Shown: in pieces, positions 52,790 through 64,000 of the stretch
Layout: each line of letters opens with the position of its first letter
How positions within the stretch are numbered: the stretch's first letter is position 1
From: Octopus sinensis
Taxonomy: Eukaryota
Assembly (NCBI RefSeq): GCF_006345805.1
Contig: NC_043001.1
Location: 2,356,001-2,420,000 of the forward strand
Direction: 5' to 3'
DNA length: 64,000 nucleotides
The notes under the pieces: generated by a model
Told to the model about the DNA's origin: nothing
The model's database searches: none
What the model saw: the letters and a program-made list of their open reading frames with translations, nothing else
Position numbers and translations under genes: made by a program

Positions 52790-53513
52790 TAACACACACA
52801 CATTAATACACATACATACACACACACATGTATGTATGGATGTATGTATGTATGTATATATGTACATCTGTCCACTTCTTGCCATATTTTTATCCTTCAC
52901 TTCCTACACACACACACACATACACACACACTCACACACACACACACGCACGCACACACACACACACACCTTCTTATCTTACAATTTCTTTCTTTCAACA
53001 ATTGACAATTGAAGTACGCTCGCAAATTAATACTACGAAAACTTAGCGACAGAAAGTAAATTAAAAACCAAGTTACTTTTCTGTTGAGTTATCATGGCAA
53101 TTCGAACGTCTGATTTCCTTAAATCCGTCTCTTTTCTTCAACTGAACTTAGTTCCTATCGTTTCTTAAAGTCCTTTGTGAAATCCAGGAATTTTTTTCTC
53201 TTTCTTATTTCTTGAGAAAGTTTTGTTTCCTCGACACTAAAAACTAACGGGAAGTAGACAACAGTCCCAGTACAATTGGTGTAATAGTGTAACTCATAAT
53301 GTGAGGGGCTAGCATCTACTCACCATATGTCAGTGAATTGTGTGTGTGTGTTTGCAAATGTGTTCGAATGAGAAAGTGAATTGTGTTTGGTGCCTTTTTT
53401 ACTAATAACAAACATACACGTGTGTGTGTGTGTGTTTGAGTGTTTGTATGTAGTTGTTTGAAACGTTTGTGTTTGTCACTGTCATATATGTATATGTTTG
53501 AATGTCTATGTGT

Positions 53514-53970
53514 GTAAAGAGAAAGTAGGAGAAAGTGTGGTAATAGGAGTGAAACATTTGAAGTGAGAGATGGATATCGTAAAATATTGAATTTTCTCGA
53601 ATTTTTGCTTAATTGGGGGTCAATTTGAAAGAAATTTATATGCCATGACCCAATGGAATGTACTTCGAAAAATCATAGGTAAATTCCAATTGAAGAAATT
53701 GTGTGAGGAGTAAATCGTTATGTATTTATTTGTTTGTATTTCCTCTGTATTTTTCTTGAGTAGTGGTTTAAGGTACACTTACAAAGAGAAAGTAGGAGAA
53801 AGTGTGGTAATAGAAGGAGTGAAGCACTTGAAATGAGAGAGGCAAATCGTAAAATATTTAGTTTTCTCGAATTTTTGCTTAACTGGAGGTGAAATTGAAA
53901 AAAATTATATGCCATGACCCAATCGAATCTACTTCGAAAAATCATACGTAAATTCCAATTGGAGAAATTC
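53514..53970. repeat. Diverged direct duplication, period about 267 bp
   Basis: AAAGAGAAAGTAGGAGAAAGTGTGG...ACTTCGAAAAATCATA at about 53516 and about 53783. Confidence 0.85.
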
Positions 53971-54001
53971 TATATTGTACAATTGTATTAAAAAGAAACA
54001 T

Positions 54002-54173
54002 AGGCACAGGAGTGGCTGTGTGGTAAGTAGCTTGCTAACCAACTACATGGTTCCGGATTCAGTCCCACTGTGTGGCATCTTGGGCAAGTGTCTTCTGCTA
54101 TAGCCCCGGGCCGACCAATGCCTTGTAAGTGGATTTGGTAGACGGAAACTGAAAGAAGACTGTCGTATATATG

Positions 54174-54210
<37 letters not shown>

Positions 54211-54410
54211 TTGTGTTTGTACCCCCAACATTGCTTGACAACAGATGCTGGTGTGTTTACGTCCCCGTCACTTAGCGATTCTGCAAAAGGGACCGATAGA
54301 ATAAGTACTGGGCTTACAAAGAATAAGTCCCAGGGTCGATTTGCTTGACTAAAGGCGGTGCTCCAGCATGGCCACAGTCAAATGACTGAAACAAGTAAAA
54401 GAGTAAAAGA
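54002..54410 (+). mobile_element. tRNA-derived SINE family A, full length, with internal (TA)n(TG)n
   Basis: Head GGAGTGGCTGTGTGGTAAG...GGATTCAGTCCC, central ATCTTGGGCAAGTGTCTT, tail (GTAAAAGA)n. Confidence 0.88.
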
Positions 54411-54729
54411 GAGAGTATAGTCACAGGCAGAGAAAATCTGCCTTTTATCATAAGATATATATATATATATATATGTATACACACACATAAAATTAGTGTA
54501 CATTTAAACACAAAAAGAGATGAGCTTTAACAGGTCACCTTACATGCTAGAAGGAACAGCCAAAAGTACAAAACACTGTTAAGAGCAATTTCAAAGGGAA
54601 TGAAAAATAAAAACATTTATTGTGTTTTACAGCTGAATTTTAAGTATATATATATTTATATATATATTATATAAACACACATGCACACACACACACATAT
54701 ACACACACACATATACATATATACATACA

Positions 54730-55012
54730 CACAGTGGTTAGGGTGTTGCATTCACGGTTGCTACATCATGGGCTTGATTCCCAAACCAAGCAGTACATTG
54801 TGATCTTGAGCAAAACACTTCATCTCATGTTGTTCCAGTCCACTCAGCCGTAAATGTATCACCCTGTGACAGACTAACCTTCCAATCAAAAGCAATGTCG
54901 GCCTGCCTTGCTGGTCAGGTGGCATCATTCAAAAGCTAAAATAATACAAAGCACATTGTGACCAGTGATGTATAACAAAATCCGATAGTCTGGTCAATAC
55001 CATGACACTGTG
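54730..55012 (+). mobile_element. SINE family C-like, diverged
   Basis: AGTGGTTAGGGTG...TTGATTCCC...GATCTTGAGCAAAACACTT. Confidence 0.6.
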
Positions 55013-55065
55013 ATATACATACATACATATGTGTGTGTGTCTGTTTGTCTGTGCATGCGTGTGTG

Positions 55066-55485
55066 TATGTATGTATAAATTTACATAAATACACACATGT
55101 ATATGTGTGTGTGCGTGTGTCTATATTTGTACGTGTATGTCCATATATGTATGTATATATTTACATATATATACACATGTATATGTGTGTGTGTATGTCC
55201 ATATATGTATGTATATATTTACATATATATACACATGTATATGCGTGTGTGTGTATGTCCATATATGTATGTATATATTTACATATATATACACATGTAT
55301 ATGCGTGTGTGTGTATGTCCATATATGTATGTATATATTTACATATATATACACATGTATATGTGTGTGTGTGTATGTCCATATATGTATGTATATATTT
55401 ACATATATATACACATGTATATGTGTACGTGTGTATGTCCATATATGTATGTATATATTTACATACATATATACACATGCATATG
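55066..55485. repeat. 60-bp minisatellite built from TA/TG microsatellite, about 6-7 copies
   Basis: Lines 55201-55440 repeat almost identically at a 60-bp period. Confidence 0.95.
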
Positions 55486-55872
55486 TGTCTGTATACGCAT
55501 GCACACAAACACATACGCACATCGAAAGTGAAGCACACATACAAATAAACAACGTTGTTTATTTATTTATGTTTCCATGGCATGTTTCTGGCGAATGACA
55601 GGAGACATCCCCCTCCCCCCTTCCCGACTGCTGCATAAATGTCCTGCAACATGCAACGGTTGCAACAATTGATCGACAATGTGAAATAACCTTGTATTGT
55701 TATAGTAAACTAGCATGACATGACTCCATCTGTGTGTGTGGATGTGTGGGTGTGTGGGAGTGTGCGTGAGTATATTGTATACTTCACACATTTATATATA
55801 TATATATATATGTTTATATGTGTACATCTTAGAGTGCGCTACTTCTTTTGGATTTATGATTTTTTTCAAACG

Positions 55873-55914
<42 letters not shown>

Positions 55915-56744
55915 ATACATGCATACATATACATATACATACATGTGTATATATTTATATGCGAGTATATATATGCTTGTATGTGTATATCTGTATATAT
56001 ATATATATGTAATAGTCACTTTGTTCTAAAAGATTATGAATGTTGTCCCAGCAAACTGATGCAGTTGCCTGACAGCTCCTGTTGCATGATGAGTATCCTT
56101 GTTCATGAATGAATATGCATGTGTGTGTGTGGTGTGTTAGTGTGTGGTGTGTATGTGTGTGGTGTGTTAGTGTGTGGTGTGTATGTGTGTAAACATCAGC
56201 ATGTATATGCATATATATATTCACACATATTCATATACGTTTATGTGCATAATATATATATATATATGTATATAAAGGTATATATATAGATAGATAGATA
56301 TAGCTATATATATATATATATATACTTTTATATATATAAACCTTTATATATATGTATGTGTGTATATATGTGTGTATGTATGTGTATATACGTGTGTTTA
56401 GTTGAAATATGTGGGTGGATATTAAACTGAGTGAAAACCAAATATTGGAAATAATTTCTAAGGAAATCAGGTGATGGAATGGCACAGTTTAGAAGAGCAA
56501 TGAGAGTGGAGACGTTATGTAAAAGGATAATTGTGTAGGTGTAGAGATTAGTGAGAGATAAGGGGATTAGCTGAGAGATGGGGGAAGATTAAGGAGTCAG
56601 ATTGAAAGAAACGCAGTATGAAAAAGTGAGACACATCATAAGGGGTTTCTATGGTTAGTTAAAGTGAAATTTAGGAGAGTAAATGGACAGAAGAGAAAAA
56701 GAGTCCAGTAGTTAGTAAGTGTGTAGTACTCAATATATTGTCAG

Positions 56745-57135
56745 GATGGCAGAAATGCTAGCACGCCAGGCGAAATGCTTAGTGGTATTTTGTCTGTCGT
56801 TACATTCCAAGTTCAAATTACGCCGAGGTCGACTTTGCCTTTCATCCTTTCGGGTTCGATAAATTAAGAACCAGTTACACACTGGGGTCGATGTAATCGA
56901 CTTAATTCGTTTGTCTGTCCTTGTTTGTCCCCTCTGAGTTTAGCCTCTTGTGGGTAGTTAAGAAATAGGTATTTCGTCTGCCGCTACGTTCTGAGTTCAA
57001 ATTCCACCGAGGTCGACTTTGCCTTTCCTCCTTTCAGGGTCGATAAATTAAGTAGTGATTGTGTACTGGGGTCGATCTAATTGACTGGCCCCCCTCCCAA
57101 AAAGTTTCGGGCCTGGTGCCTAGAGCAGAAAAGAA
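56745..57135 (+). mobile_element. SINE family B, dimeric
   Basis: Head plus two bodies joined by TTGTGGGTAGTTAAGAAATAGG. Confidence 0.85.
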
Positions 57136-57367
57136 TGGGAACACATGCATTTACAAGGGTATATATACTCATGAAATATAAAGAAACAAATATAAACAAA
57201 TATAAAGAAACAAATGTATCATTTTATAGAACTTTCTAATTGATATTCATTCATTGATTAAGGAGTTGCTTCTGGGGTCCACTGGACAGTCAAACCCTTT
57301 TTTTCTGTGAATCTTTAATAATTGAAATTATTTCTGTTTATGAGAATAGCATTGTCATCTTGTATAG

Positions 57368-57708
57368 CATAGGTTCCCAAAGTGGGTGCTACTGTCCCCC
57401 CGATGGGCATTGAGAGGGTTCAGGTGAACGCTGGTGTCTAAGGGGGCAGTGTAGGTGGGGGCGGGGGTAGAGAAAAGGGGGCATTTGGTGGAAGGCAGTG
57501 GATTGGGGGACGCTATGAATTTATTATGATATTATTATAGTATTGTATACAGATTATATAATATTACATTAAATATCAAATGATTTATAGTATATATAAA
57601 TTAGTAAAATGTACAATATTTATTTATACATAAAAATAGGGGTGGGGCGCTGGGGGTATTATGTGGCCATGAAGCAGGGCAGTGACCCAAAATGTTTGAG
57701 AACCTCTG
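57368..57708. mobile_element. hAT (Charlie-like) MITE
   Basis: TIR-like CATAGGTTCCCAAA and TTTGAGAACCTCTG. Flanking 8-mers TTGTATAG and TCATATAG match at 6 of 8 positions, as expected for a decayed hAT TSD. Confidence 0.7.
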
Positions 57709-58194
57709 TCATATAGCCTTTGATTTTGGGGTTATTTTCTGGTGTCACTCCTTGACATTTATGGTAGGTGGCAGTGTAGTTGCATAGAAATAGGGATTTC
57801 TTTTGTCAATATAAACAATTCTTTTGTTTTGCTGCTTTTCTCAAATTTTCTCCACGTTGAAGAAGTCATAGAAACAGGATGTTATCTGCATAATTAAAAC
57901 AATGAGATGACACAGGATGTGACATGTGCATTGCATTTTTATTCTTGCCTTCTGTTTTACGAACCCAGCGTGCACATGCATGTTGCGTGTTCATACTTGT
58001 CTTTCTGGTTTCTACTCAAAACTGTTTACAGGTCACAACCGTCTCATGGACCTACGGTCATTAGAAGTGCTTCATGTTCTTGTGGTTGTAAAAGAGTTCA
58101 AATAATGTTGAGTATGAGAGAAAATAGGTAAACATGGCTTGGAGTAGAGATAAAAAGAGTAAATTGAAAATAAAAGAAACAGAATACTCATCAG

Positions 58195-58223
58195 CATCAT
58201 CATCGTCATCGTCATCATTATTG

Positions 58224-58256
<33 letters not shown>

Positions 58257-58395
58257 CCACCATCATCGTCATCATCATCATCACCACCATCAACGTCATC
58301 ATCGTCGTCATTGTCATCATCATCATCATCATCCCCACCATCATCGTCATCATCGTCATCATCATCACCACTATCATCATCATCATCATCATCAG
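58195..58395. repeat. (CAT)n/(CGT)n microsatellite
   Basis: Directly visible. Confidence 0.95.
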
Positions 58396-58952
58396 CTATT
58401 TCAACCTTTAATTTCCCCCTTTTCTATACTTTCATTGGTCACATAGAATTTTTGTTGAGGCAAATTTTCTAGCTTTGGATGTCCTGCTTTTTACCAACCT
58501 TTACCTGTTCCCAAGCAAATTAAAAAAATCTCCATAGCAAGACAAATTTACACAGAAGATTGGAAATATGAACAACACCGCATGTATGACAGGGAACCTT
58601 ATTTACAACCCTCTTGTAATGCCACCAAAATCCATGCACATACACGTGCACACACACACACACACACACAGAGTCATGTATCATCATCACCATCATCATT
58701 TAACATATATGTTCCATACTTTGGACAGCTTGACTGTATCACATTATGTCGCAGTGTCTTTTTGGTTTGGTTTCCATGGCTGAATGCCCTTCTTGCATGA
58801 GTCAAAAACAAATCGCTGGAACCTGTTTACATATATATATATATATATATAGTTAATCCAAACATGAAAACACAAAGAGAAAACACAACAATGCGAGGAT
58901 GTAGAACAAGTATAGTGTTATTGGACCCTCGGGAAAAGAAAGAAAGAAGGAG

Positions 58953-58987
58953 GAGTTAACGTTTCAAGTGGAGCTCTTCGTCAGAAA
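58953..58987 (-). ncRNA. Decayed minimal hammerhead motif (H5) in a solo PLE-end-like fragment (about 58850-59065)
   Basis: Minus strand: TT-CTGACGA-A-GAG-CTCCA-CTT-GAAACGTT-AA; stem I only 2 bp. Confidence 0.5.
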
Positions 58988-59065
58988 CATAGAAAAAGGA
59001 AAGGTCCAAGGAAGGGAAGAAGGAGAAAGAAAATCGCCAAAGATACACATGCGGTCACACTTTGA

Positions 59066-59141
<76 letters not shown>

Positions 59142-59639
59142 ATATGCCAGAGTAAGCACATAAATGTGAAACAAGGTGGGAAAAAATAGTACTCAAATAC
59201 CAGAGATAGAGTAATATGCTTTATTAATAAAGCTGCAAAGCAAAGACATCACAAAAACTGTTACTCAGAGTTTCACGTTCCCATTCATTGGACAGTTTTG
59301 GTTGAGAAGGGAATAACAATAAGGTTATATCTATAAACTAGCAGTATCGCCCGGCGTTGCTTGGGTTTGTAAGGGAAATAACTATAAAGCGTTTTTAGAG
59401 AGTTATAGCCAAAAATTAGCAAAGAAAAGCATTAAAAATGGAAAAAAAATTATGGTAAATTTTTTTTAAATCGTTGACACATCGTAGACATTTTTAGAGA
59501 GTTACTTCCCTTATATAATACGAAAAAATGCATTAAAATGGAAAACAATGATGGTAAATTATTTTTAAAATCGTAGACTCATTGTAGACGCATGCTAATA
59601 CCAAGAAGGGCTCGATATGAATCACGACTATAAGATACC

Positions 59640-59686
59640 TACGACCGCGAGTCCGCTGCCCTAACCACTAGGACATTGCACCTCCA
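59640..59686 (-). mobile_element. Isolated tRNA-like SINE head fragment
   Basis: Minus strand GGAGGTGCAATGTCCTAGTGGTTAGGGCAGCGGACTCGCGGTCGT, truncated before the B box. Confidence 0.65.
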
Positions 59687-59739
<53 letters not shown>

Positions 59740-59750
<11 letters not shown>

Positions 59751-60682
59751 TGGAGTTAAACACAGGTGTTATTCAAATTCTTTTACTTTGACACATGTTT
59801 CGAAGATATCACTGGTATTATTCCAAAGGAATAAAATGGTGTAAAACAATGTAATCTTCTCTTCGGGGAAATGAGGAAAGGAAACTCGTCAATAAGACAT
59901 TTTAACAGAATATGATGGATATGTATATGTTTATGGTTGATTGTCTCAATTTCAATACCTTATGATAAAGGCAAGGAATTCTGTTTTCTCTGTAATTCTG
60001 AACCATATTTCATTCTTTTTTCTAAAAATCCCCCTGTAAACACGGTTACAGAGCATGCATACTGATGTAAACATTGGCAGAAACACACCTTTAGTTCATA
60101 TAAGTGATATCTATATCATTCTATATAATTTAAACATTAATTTTCTTCTTACATTTCACATTCACTAGATATATCTTTTTCCAAGACTATTAGGTCTTAT
60201 TTAATTTACATATCGTTATATACTTCTCCTTTATTTGGGTTTTTTCTTTCCTTTACCCCTCCTCTTTCTATAGGCTACCTTTGACTTATATCTTCTAACG
60301 TTTTTTTAAAACAAACTTAATAGCGTTCAGTTAATCACTATACATGTCCATCATATTCTGTTAAAATGTCTTATTGACGAGTTTCATTTCTTCATTTCCC
60401 CGAAGAGAAGATTACATTGTTTTACACCATTTTATTCCTTCGGAATAATACCAGTGATATCTTCGAAACATGTGCCAGAAGTAAAAGAATTTGAATAACA
60501 CTTGCGTTTAAATCCATTTATTTATTTATATATTATACAAAATATTTCACGTAAACCCGGAGTTTCTACCTTAAAAAACAAGGAGTTACAACCTTTTTAC
60601 TTGTGTGATTTTTTTGCTACCCTACTAACTATTTATCTATTTTCCCCATGTTAATTGTTAACAAGGGAAAAATACACACATC
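59740..60682. mobile_element. Second copy of the about 930-bp H3 palindromic element, opposite orientation to 50372
   Basis: Arms about 59740-59927 and 60343-60530. HHR-like motifs at 59785-59871 (-) and 60395-60481 (+; cleavage triplet GCC). Confidence 0.88.
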
Positions 60683-61192
60683 TGTTTGGTTAAACTGCAC
60701 CGCAAAATGTGGGAGTAGTTAGGAATCTAAATCGTAGGAGACAGACACACAACCTTACTTTTATATATAAAGATATACAATTATGTTGATAGATACAGAG
60801 TTGAAATTTCAAATGGGTATTTAGCAACATAATTGTATGTTTGTGCATATAACCTTATTTTTGTTCCATTCTCAACCAAAACTGTCTGACGAATGGGAAC
60901 GTGAAACTCTGAGTAACAACTTTTGCAATGCTTTTGCAGCTTTATTAAAAAGCATATATGTGTGTGTGTGTGTGTGTTGTGTAAGATATAAGTTAGAGGC
61001 ACTTCTGGTAATTACCTCAGTATGTATGGCCCTTGTTATAAGGTATACGGTAGTGGGTAATTTAAAGGTAAACCATAGTTTCATGTATATTACAGACGAT
61101 AAGAAAATGGAAGAAAAACAACAATGAGAAGTGTGTCTTTGGTGCAATAAACCCATTATTTAATTAGTTAAGAAAGATGAGAATTAGAGTGA

Positions 61193-61269
61193 GTTTACAG
61201 CTGTTTCAGTATATCAGGCTGGGGTAAATACGTATTTTCCTCATTGAAAATGATAGACATCATCAGAAC
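61193..61269 (-). ncRNA. Type I hammerhead motif (H6, left)
   Basis: Minus strand: GTT-CTGATGA-T-GTCTATCA...TGATATAC-T-GAAAC-AGCT-GTA-AAC. Confidence 0.65.
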
Positions 61270-61359
61270 GAAAAAGACAAAGATAAACAAAAAAGAGAAT
61301 AGAGCAAAAGATTGTGTGAGGATGCTCTAGTCTCCTTTTTGCTTATCTTTGCCTTTTAC

Positions 61360-61436
61360 TTTCTGATGATGTCTATCATTTGCAATGAGGAAAATATGTA
61401 TTTACCCCAGCCTGATATACCGAAACAGCTGTAAAC
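61360..61436 (+). ncRNA. Type I hammerhead motif (H6, right)
   Basis: CTGATGA 61363-61369, stem II GTCTATCA/TGATATAC, GAAAC 61422-61426, palindromic loop AGCT, GUA 61431-61433; short stem I. Confidence 0.65.
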
Positions 61437-61531
61437 TCACTCTAACTCTCATCTTTCTTAACTAATTAAATAAGGGTTTTATTGCACCAAAGATCAACTT
61501 CTCATTATTATTTATTTCTCCATTTTCTTGA

Positions 61532-61585
<54 letters not shown>

Positions 61586-61601
61586 ATATATATATATATA
61601 T

Positions 61602-61636
<35 letters not shown>

Positions 61637-63049
61637 TATATATATACACATACATATCTATATATATATATACACACACACACACACTCATATATGTATG
61701 TATGTATATAAACACACACACACAATGCCGACCGTTAGGAAGGGCTTCCAGCTGTGGAAACCAAGCTAAATCAGTCTAGAACTTGATGCAGCTCCCCATC
61801 TCATCAGCTCTGTTCAAACATTCCAGCCCATGCTAATACCAGTATGGAAAATGGATGTTAAAGGATGATGATGATGATGATGAGGAATATGATCCACTGA
61901 CATGGCTTTCCTTTGGCCAAGAACAATAGCTGGGAATGAACTTAGGACCATGTGGCTGCAAAGTAAACCTATGCCTGGACCTGGAGAGCAGGTGAAGGCT
62001 ATTTGAAAAATGGAGAGGAAAGGAGAAACTGAAATTCTTTATTTGGTTCTTATTAGGATCTCTTCTAATGATTTATGTGCGAAATTAAAGATAACAGACT
62101 CCATAAACAACAGAAGAATTTTGGAAGATAAATCATCTTAATGAAGATGACAATTATAGAATAAACATAGAAAATGCCATCAATGCCCCTTGAACTATGG
62201 TAAATCTTGATCTGTTATTCCTCGTCTAGCCATATTTCTAATTAAATACATCATAAGTGTGAAGAAAGTTTGAAAAGAATCTAGAATTTGCAGATATTTT
62301 GTGAAATCACTTTGTCATTATTAATTTTATATTTGGAACATCATTAAAGAAAAAGGGTTTCACACAGAATTTTGAAATCTTTTAATTTAAGAGTGAATTG
62401 TTTAAAATTTAGACAATGTATGAGAAGAAGGGTGTTGGTTTTGGTGGGTGAGGCTGATAGGTTGGTAGCAAAGAGCTGAAGTCTTTCATTTTTAATCAAA
62501 GAAATCATTATTCAGAAATTAAATCAAATCAAATTAAATTAAATGTATTTGTAGATAAAATACGATTGAAAAGTAAATCTTTACTTGTTCAACATTTAAA
62601 AAAAATTTTATTTAGTTTCAGCTCACAAGCTGTGGCCATGCTGGGGCACCGCCATTTGCTGGGGCACTGCCATTTGAAATATTTTTATCTATTTTTATCC
62701 ATGCGTGAAGAAGAGCACAAAAGGGGTTGCTATGAAGAAGTGGTTTAAAACACTGCTGTGAAAACTCTCATCCAACACGTGCCTGCATGGAGAAGCAGAT
62801 ATAACATTGATGATGATGAGGAGGATGATGATGATGATGGTTGGCGATGACGATGATGATGATAATGACGATGATGATTAATGATGATGATAATGATGAC
62901 ACTGAAGAGATGATACTCATGATGATGATAACAAGGATTTTGATGATGGTGGTGGTGGTTGTGGTGTTGGTTGTAGTTGTGGTGTAGGTGGTGCTTAGAC
63001 TAGGTAGAGAGGATAGGATAGAGACACTAGTCCAGAAAAAAGCCTTTAT

Positions 63050-63372
63050 AGGGATTAGAGATTAGAAACCAAAATTTTCCTTCTGCACCTCTAAGTGATG
63101 GCTGTTCAACGGTGTGAAGTCTGAAATCTGTCTTCTGAGCAAGCAGCTGGTTGGTAAGAAGAACAACAACATTAGGAGGACCCACAGCCACACCAACGAG
63201 GACATAATATGGTTTGAAACTAAAGGTGACAGGAGTAGAGCAAGGTTTACCCATTTCAATGTAACAGATTTTTATCCGTCTATATCAAGAGAACTATTGT
63301 ATTTAACCCTGGGTTTCACTAGGACCTACATTGAGATTAGAGATGAGGGCATATGCACCATCATCAAAAGAA
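63050..63372 (+). mobile_element. PLE RT fragment
   Basis: KSEICLLSKQLV...IIWFE...FTHFNVTDFYPSISRELL..TLGF resembles PLE RT (SEIGxISKxIL...FDIxxFYPSI). Confidence 0.8.
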
Positions 63373-63447
63373 CCTTATATGTTTGTGTGTGTGTGTATGC
63401 GTGTGTCTGTGTGTGTGTGTACAGTTAAGAATATATTTATATATATA

Positions 63448-63675
63448 TTTCTTTACTACCCACAAGGGGCTAAACACAGAGGGGACAAACAAGGACAGAC
63501 AAAGGGATTAAGTCTATTATATCGACCCCAGTGCGTAACTGGTACTTAATTTATCGACCCCGAAAGGATGAAAAGCAAAGTCGACCTCGGCGGAATTTGA
63601 ACTTGGAACGTAACGACAGACGAAATACGGCTACGCATTTCGCTCGGTGTGCTAACGTTTCTGCTAGCTCGCCTT
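63448..63675 (-). mobile_element. tRNA-derived SINE family B
   Basis: Near-identical to 1970-2203. Confidence 0.88.
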
Positions 63676-64000
63676 ATATATATATATTTATATATATATG
63701 CATATTTACCATAAAAGCTCAGGAAGTATGGGAGGTGAGTATATTCATTTAACCACTTGTCATCCTAAAGATGACAAGTGATTAAATACGTTCACCTCTC
63801 ATAATTTCTGACTATTTACGGCTTATGAAATACTCCTCATGCAATAATTTCATCAAATGGATCTTCTGGAATTCATCTCCATGAGACTCTTCCTTATACT
63901 CCTCTGTATTGGATTACGATGTGTTATATGGTAGCCAGGTCCATCAGAGGAGCTTTCTGTGATTGCCACCCAATTCTATGAATCCATATGTAAAACTATA

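Larger units (their letters stand above)
59338..60773 (-). mobile_element. Non-autonomous Helitron split by nested insertions
   Basis: 59338-59639 and 60685-60773 join into the same family as 16990-17499. Confidence 0.85.
61123..61506. mobile_element. Foldback element (184-bp arms, 16-nt loop) with an HHR motif in each arm (family H6)
   Basis: 61123-61306 is the near reverse complement of 61323-61506. Confidence 0.9.

Noticed and set aside
58030-58110. HNRLMDLRSLEVL, LRR-like peptide after an acceptor
   Set aside because: Too short, ends in a stop unless a weak donor is used, and no neighbouring LRR exons.

Overview
AT-rich eukaryotic DNA saturated with microsatellites and transposon relics. 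The repeat content suggests a cephalopod (octopus-like) genome, but that is inference. No host protein-coding gene could be supported, and almost all long ORFs in the track are microsatellite artefacts. Recognisable elements: many decayed Penelope-like elements (PLE; RT and GIY-YIG fragments), RTE and R4-like LINE fragments, a mariner relic, a Helitron Rep relic plus three non-autonomous TC...CTAG Helitrons, a hAT MITE and several tRNA-derived SINE families. Main finding: about 15 complete or partial type I hammerhead-ribozyme (HHR) motifs in at least six sequence groups. Five loci share one architecture, a long inverted repeat with two outward-pointing HHRs. One of them (8771-9957) also has a 487-bp direct tandem of the HHR unit, like a retrozyme or PLE terminal repeat. 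Another group joins a tRNA-like Pol III head to a PLE 3' end with an HHR, and one copy is flanked by a 13-bp target-site duplication. Ribozyme activity is not shown; several cores deviate from consensus. All alignments and folds were done by eye and element boundaries are approximate.
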